From: an uncultured Thermoleophilia bacterium | GTDB lineage: Bacteria; Actinomycetota; Thermoleophilia; UBA2241 | Assembly: GCA_963702475.1 (NCBI GenBank) | Contig: CAVPCT010000007.1 | Span: 1-64,000 of the forward strand | Reading direction: 5' to 3' | DNA: 64,000 nucleotides | In this document: positions 58,770 through 64,000 of the stretch, piece by piece | How positions within the stretch are numbered: position 1 is the stretch's first letter | How the letters are laid out: each line of letters opens with the position of its first letter | Translations under genes and position numbers: made by a program | The notes under the pieces: generated by a model | Told to the model about the DNA's origin: nothing | What the model saw: the letters and a program-made list of their open reading frames with translations, nothing else | Database searches by the model: none

Positions 58770-61700
58770 GTGAGTCCTGCCCGTCCTGCGAGTTACCTCG
58801 CCGCCGACGACTTCGCCTTCTGCCCGAAGTGCGGCAGCCCGCTGGACCGGCTCCGGCCGTCGGCGACTGCCGTCCTGCCCCACGGTCGGCCGAGCGGAAG
58901 ACGGTCACCACACTCTTCTGCGATTTGGTCGGCTTCACCGCCATGTGCGAGGCTGCTGACCCGGAAGACGTGGACGTCTGCCTGCGTGAGTACGGCACTC
59001 GCGCGCGCGAGCTCATCGAGCGCTACGGTGGCACGGCGGAGAAGTTCATCGGCGATGCTGTGGTCGGCGTGTTCGGCGTCCCGGTCGCTCACGAGGACGA
59101 TGCGGAGCGGGCCGTGCGGGCGGCTCTCCGCCTCGTGCGCGCCGCCGCCGAGATCGCGGCTCCGGACGGATCGCCGCTGCGTGCCGCGCGGGGGTGAACA
59201 CGGGTGATGTACTCGTCCGCGGCGGAGGTGCTGTGAAGACGCCGGACAAGGCCTGGTCACGGGCGACGCCGTCAACGTAGCGGCGCGTCTGCAGGCGGCG
59301 GCGCCGCCGGGCGGCGTGGTGGCAGGTGCGCTCACCTATGAGCTCACGCGCCGCGTCGTGCGTTACGAGGCGCTCGCGCCTGTCGCGGCCAAGGGCAAGT
59401 CGGAGCCCGTGGAGGCCTGGCTGGCCCTCACTCCGGTCTCCCGCACGGGTCTCGCCGGGGACGATGCCGTTCCAGCCGCGGCTCCTTTCGTCGGGCGCGA
59501 CGTGGAGCTCGCCGCCCTCGAGCACGAGTTCGACGAGGCCGTCCGTTCGGGGTCGACGCGGTCGGCGCTGATCGTCGGCGACGCGGGCATGGGCAAGTCG
59601 AGGCTCGTCGCCGAGCTATCCCGACGGGTCGATTCGCGTCCGACGCTCGTCGCCTGGCGCCAGGGTCGCTGCCTGCCCTACGGAGAGGGTGCGGCGTTCG
59701 GGGCGTTCGCGGAGGCCGTCAAGAGCCACGCAGGCATCCTGGACACCGACGATGCCGAGGCACGCCGGCAGAAGCTCGACGCCGTCGTTCCCGCCGTCGG
59801 CGACCGCGAGTGGTTGCTCGAGCGATTGGGCGCCCTCGTCGGCGTCCCGGCGCCCGGGTCGACGGTCGAGGAGAACGTCGCCGCGTGGACCCGCTTCGTG
59901 GCCGCCCTCGCGGCACTCCGTCCGCTCGTGCTGGTACTGGAGGACGTCCACTGCGCCGACGACGGCTTCCTCTCGTTCGTCGAGAGCCTCGCGGGGCCGT
60001 CCGGCGCTGGTGGCGCACGTCCTGCTGGTCCTGACCGCGCGGCCCGAGCTCCTGGAGCGCCGGCCGGGCTTCCCTGCACCCGCGGCGGCCGGGGACGGCA
60101 CGCGGCCTCCGTCCGTCCTCCGCGTCGAGCTGCCTCCGCTGGGGGAGGCCGCGGTGCGCCGCATCGTGGCGGCCGTCGGCGGCGGACGACGTCGGCGGTG
60201 AGCTCGCGGAGCGCGTGGTGCGGTCGGCGGCCGGCAACCCGCTGCACGCCGAGGAGGCCACGCGTCTCCTCGCCGCGGGCAGTCCGCGGGCGGCGCTGCC
60301 CGCGTCTGTGGCGGCCGTGTACTCGGCGCGGCCTGGACGCGCTCTCGCGGCGCACCGCGACGTGCTGACCGACGCGGCGGTGGTCGGGGGCGTCTTCTGG
60401 GAAGGGGCGCTCGCCGCCGTCGGGGGACGGTCGCTCCCGCAGACCTGCGAGGCGCTCGAGGCACTCGAGGTGGCTGCGCTGGTGCGCGCTGGGGGGCGCA
60501 TCGACCATTCCCGGGGAGCATGAGTTCGCGTTCGTGCACGCGATCGCCCGGGAGGTCGCGTACGGCAGGCTGACGCGCGCCGCCCGGGCTCACCGGCACG
60601 CCGCCGTGGCCGAGTGGCTGGAGACAGAAAGCGGAAGGCAGGGAAGGTGTCTTCGTGGACGAGCTCGCGCATCATCGGGCGCTCGCCTGCAGGCTGGCCG
60701 TGGCGGCCGGGGAGGCCCGGCTCGCCGACGTCGTGAGGGGCCGGCCGTCAGGAGTGTCCGTGAGGCCGGCCGGCGGGCCGCAGCTATCGACGCGGCTGAG
60801 GCCGAGCGCTGGTACGGCGTGGCGATGGAGCTGGTCGCACGAGGACGACTCCGCTGTACTCCACATTGCTCGCAGAAGGGGGCACGGGCACTGTTGGAGC
60901 GCGGGCGCGCCGACGAGGCGAGACGTACCCTGGTCGCTGCAGTCGCCGCCTTCAAGCGCGCCGGGCAGCCGCGGGCGGCTGCGGTGTGGGCCGGCCTCCT
61001 TGGCGGGATTCTCGTGGAACATGGACGACCCGGGCTGGCGCGCCGCCCAGGATGAGAGCGAGCGCCTCGTCGAGGACGAGGAACCGTGCGAGGAGAAGGC
61101 GCGCGTGCTCTCCGGTGCGGCCTTCAAGCAGCTCTCTATGGACAACGACCTGGTTGGGGCGCAGGCGACCATGGCGCAGCTCGTCGAGGTGCTCACGGCG
61201 CTCGGCCTCGAGGACCCGGAGACTGTGGACATCGAGGGATTGCAGGCCGACCTCGGCTGGCGTCTCGGCGACCCTGTGGCGCTCGCGACGCTGCGCCGGC
61301 GAGAGCTCGAGCGGCCGTCCAACAACGGCGGTATCGGGTATTGTCATGCCGTGGTCGCCTTCGAAGGGCCCCGCCGCCGCCGTCCGAGCCGCCGAGCATC
61401 ACGTCGCCTGGTTCGAGCGCACCTCCCAGACGTTCAGCGCCGAGTCGTTCAGGGAGATGCTCTCCTCGTTCACGTTGTGGGCGGGCGAGTGGGACGAGGC
61501 TATGGCGGACGCAGAAGTGGCGGCCGCGCGTCTGCGGGGCACCGGCGTGATCGTGGAGTACATGGCCGCCCGGCTCGTCCGCCTGATGCGCGAGGTATGG
61601 TGCGGCGAGCGCCCCGCGGACGAGCTCGCAGCCGAGGTCGCCGCTCGCGCCGCGGCGTCGCCGCTCCCTGACGGACGCTTCGAGTGTTCGGTCGCGTGGG

Positions 61701-62197
61701 CCGCCGCAGCGCTGGCCGGAGGTCGCACAGAGGACGCGAGATCGGCCATCCGCGCCGCGGCCCGAGATGGCGGCTGCAATCCCGAGTACTGCTTCCTGCT
61801 CTTCCCGGAAGCGGTGCGCGTCGCGCTGCGGCTGGGAGAAGCTGCCGCGGCCCGCACGCTCGCCAAAGGGCCGGCCATGGACGTACCGGTGAGCGCGCAC
61901 GTCAGGACTGCTACGGCCGCCCTGCTCGCGGAGGCGGACGGACGCCTCGCTGAGGCGGCGGCCGGCTTCGCCGCCGCCGCCGCCCGCTGGCGCGCGTTCG
62001 GCGTGCCGTACGAGGAGGGGCAAGCGCTGCTCGGGCAGGCCCGCTGCCTGGTCGCGCTGGGCAGGCCGGCTGAAGCGGCCGCACCGCTCGCCGGCGCCGC
62101 GACGCTCTTCGCGAGGCTCGGCGCCGCGCCCGCGCTCGCTGAGACTGAGGGAATGCTTGCCCGGGCTCGAACAGAGAGCGCCGACTCTGCGTATTGA
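58770..62197 (+). CDS. Zinc ribbon + class III adenylate/guanylate cyclase + AAA(STAND) ATPase + TPR-like protein, many frameshifts
   Basis: FCPKCG, ERKTVTTLFCDLVGFT, EKFIGDAV, GDAVNVAARLQ, FVGRDVEL, GDAGMGKSRL, LEDVH, GNPL, F.HAIAREVAY. Confidence 0.82.
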
Positions 62198-62385
62198 TCC
62201 ACGGATCGGGGGCTGCCTCGCCGCGGGTAACGGGGGGTGGGGCCTTTCGGCCGGCCGGTCGAGTCGCCGTCCCGAGTACCACCCTCCTGACTCCCGGCAT
62301 GTCGGCGAATGCTGTCGCGCCCCGCTCGTCGCTCGCCCGGGCTGTCCGTGGGACACCGAGGCAATCGCGACGCGGCCCCGCGCGA

Positions 62386-62691
62386 TCAGCCCAGAGACTC
62401 GCGCACGATCTCGGGGTACCGGGTGGCGATGCGAATGAGCGCCTGCGCGGCGCCGGAGGGCGAGCGGCGGCCCTGCTCCCACTCCTGCAGCGTGCGCCTC
62501 GAGATGTGCAGCGCAGCTGCGAACTCCGCCTGTGAGAGGCCGATGCTCTGCCGCGCCTGAGCGACCTCGTTGGGCTCGACCCTGGTCGTCCGAGCAGCTT
62601 GGCCGGCCTTCATCTCGCGGACGGACTGCAGCAGCTTGACGCCCAGGTCCTCGGCGCTGCTCGGCGCTCCGTTCGGCTCAGTAGTTGCCAT
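62386..62691 (-). CDS. HigA-like HTH antitoxin
   Basis: ARQSIGLSQAEFAAALHISRRTLQEWEQGRRSPSGAA. Confidence 0.88.
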   Translation of the reverse strand: MATTEPNGAPSSAEDLGVKLLQSVREMKAGQAARTTRVEPNEVAQARQSIGLSQAEFAAALHISRRTLQEWEQGRRSPSGAAQALIRIATRYPEIVRESLG

Positions 62692-62998
62692 CTTCGAGCT
62701 CCCTCCGGATCTGTCTCAGGATGTGGCTCGGTATGTCGTCCTTCACCGTCTTCGGATACACAAGGAGCATCCAGATCTCCCCGGCGTGAAGCCGGGCGAA
62801 GTAGATGATTCGTGTACCGCCTTGCTTGCCGGCGCCGGGTCGCGACCACCTGACCTTGCGGCAGCCACCGCTGCCTGGGATGACGTGCCCCGGCTCCGGC
62901 TCGCCGGCGATCCAGGCGAAGAACTCCAAACGCTCGTCGTCGGACCACATGCGGGATGCTTCTTCCGCGAACGTGGGTGTCTCTACGATGGTGAGCAT
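62678..62998 (-). CDS. HigB2/RelE-family toxin
   Basis: ETPTF, GHVIPGSGGCRKVRW, GKQGGTRIIY, LLVYPK; toxin upstream of antitoxin. Confidence 0.88.
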   Translation of the reverse strand: MLTIVETPTFAEEASRMWSDDERLEFFAWIAGEPEPGHVIPGSGGCRKVRWSRPGAGKQGGTRIIYFARLHAGEIWMLLVYPKTVKDDIPSHILRQIRRELEDGNY

Positions 62999-63395
62999 GT
63001 CCAAGTATACGTCAATGACGTAGTTGCGCAACGCTTGCGTCCTGGGTCTCCTGCGGCGACCGTCACCTCGGAGGCGGTTCCTCCGGAGCGGCACGCCTGC
63101 AGTATCGGCTGTGGACAGAATGGGCGGAAGGGTTCCAATGGCTTGCTGTCCAGGTCCCGCCGGCATCGCTTCGCCGCAGGAACTGCGGCACGCAGCTCGC
63201 CGGCCTCCTCGGGGGCGCAGCTTCTGCTGCCGTTCCGGCTCTCTGCCGCACGATATCCTGAGTCAGCCTCCGTGCTACGTCTTGTCGCCTGTCCGAACGT
63301 TGACCGGCAGGACAATGTGCGGGTAGAATCGCATCTACGCAGTAGAATCGCCGGTCCCCGACTCGGTGGGCCGGACGACGGACGGGAGGGTTCCC

Positions 63396-64000
63396 ATGGA
63401 AGCGCGTGACTACCTGCGACAGAGGCTCGAGGTGTCGGCCGACGACCTCGCCGTGGTGAACGACTTCCTCACGTCGGACGCCAACCCGCTGATCGACCCG
63501 CTCCTCGACCTCGTCGAGCGGTACGGCGGCGTGGACGAGATCAACCGCAAGGCCGACGAGGCCGGCGAGCTCGAGAACCGCATGGCGCGCCTGCGCGCCG
63601 AGGGTTCTCCCTTCGTCGCCGGCCTGGAGTGGCTCATCGAGCAGCGCGACGCGGGTGCGTTCGTCACGCTGCCTGAGTATCGCCGCAGCGTGCTCGGCGA
63701 CGCGGCCGAGCCCATGACCTTCGACGACGAGCACGCGGTCACGCTCGAGATCAGCGCCCTGCAGTACTTCCCCTGGCTCATCGCCGAGGCCGAGCAGGCC
63801 ATCGAGCGCCGCGAGCTCATGCCCGGCCGCTACATCCGCGTGCGCAACATGGCCGAGCAGACGGCGCCGGGGGAGGACGTCCTGGCCGTCGCGGCCGCCA
63901 TGCAGATCATCGGCGCCAGTCACGTCGAGACGCTCGACACCAAGGGCATCGACGGCTCCAACGTGCACCTCGGCGGTCCCGATACCATCGCCGGCTACTT
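63396..64000 (+). CDS. Hypothetical protein, runs off the window end
   Basis: GGGAGGG RBS; open frame MEARDYLRQRL...TLEISALQYFPW...LMPGRYIRVR...LDTKGIDGSNVHLGGPDTIAGY with core-like codon usage. Confidence 0.75.
   Translation, partial: MEARDYLRQRLEVSADDLAVVNDFLTSDANPLIDPLLDLVERYGGVDEINRKADEAGELENRMARLRAEGSPFVAGLEWLIEQRDAGAFVTLPEYRRSVLGDAAEPMTFDDEHAVTLEISALQYFPWLIAEAEQAIERRELMPGRYIRVRNMAEQTAPGEDVLAVAAAMQIIGASHVETLDTKGIDGSNVHLGGPDTIAGY

Noticed and set aside
63321-63354. GTAGAATCGC repeated twice here and once at about 35683 upstream of mttB
   Set aside because: The core TAGAAT is a -10 promoter consensus, so tandem promoters explain it without invoking a shared regulator.

Overview
High-GC bacterial window, probably an anaerobic Actinomycetota-like lineage (inference from composition and gene content only). 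Many conserved genes carry single-base indels, most likely long-read errors. The main feature is a methylamine-demethylation cluster at about 34.8-42.0 kb. It contains a TetR regulator, a trimethylamine methyltransferase mttB and a dimethylamine methyltransferase mtbB, each with an in-frame TAG at the canonical pyrrolysine position. These are followed by a URO-D/MtaA-fold domain fused to a corrinoid protein and by an MFS transporter. No pylTSBCD genes were recognised in the window, and at least 11 other ORFs end in TAG. The left part (1-11.5 kb), downstream of a tRNA-Glu(CTC), looks like accessory DNA. It holds a double TetR with a 410-bp identical internal repeat, a class III aminotransferase, an OYE-family flavoenzyme, an AT-richer TatD-associated radical SAM gene and pdxST. 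Elsewhere are a TetR-controlled ABC exporter with twin palindromic operators, malic enzyme, class I and class II fumarases, three toxin-antitoxin pairs and lutABC. Further right are an Lrp-linked aminotransferase/2-hydroxyacid dehydrogenase/GlcDF/FAH operon, a sulfotransferase-like gene with sat, and a cyclase-STAND-TPR gene.
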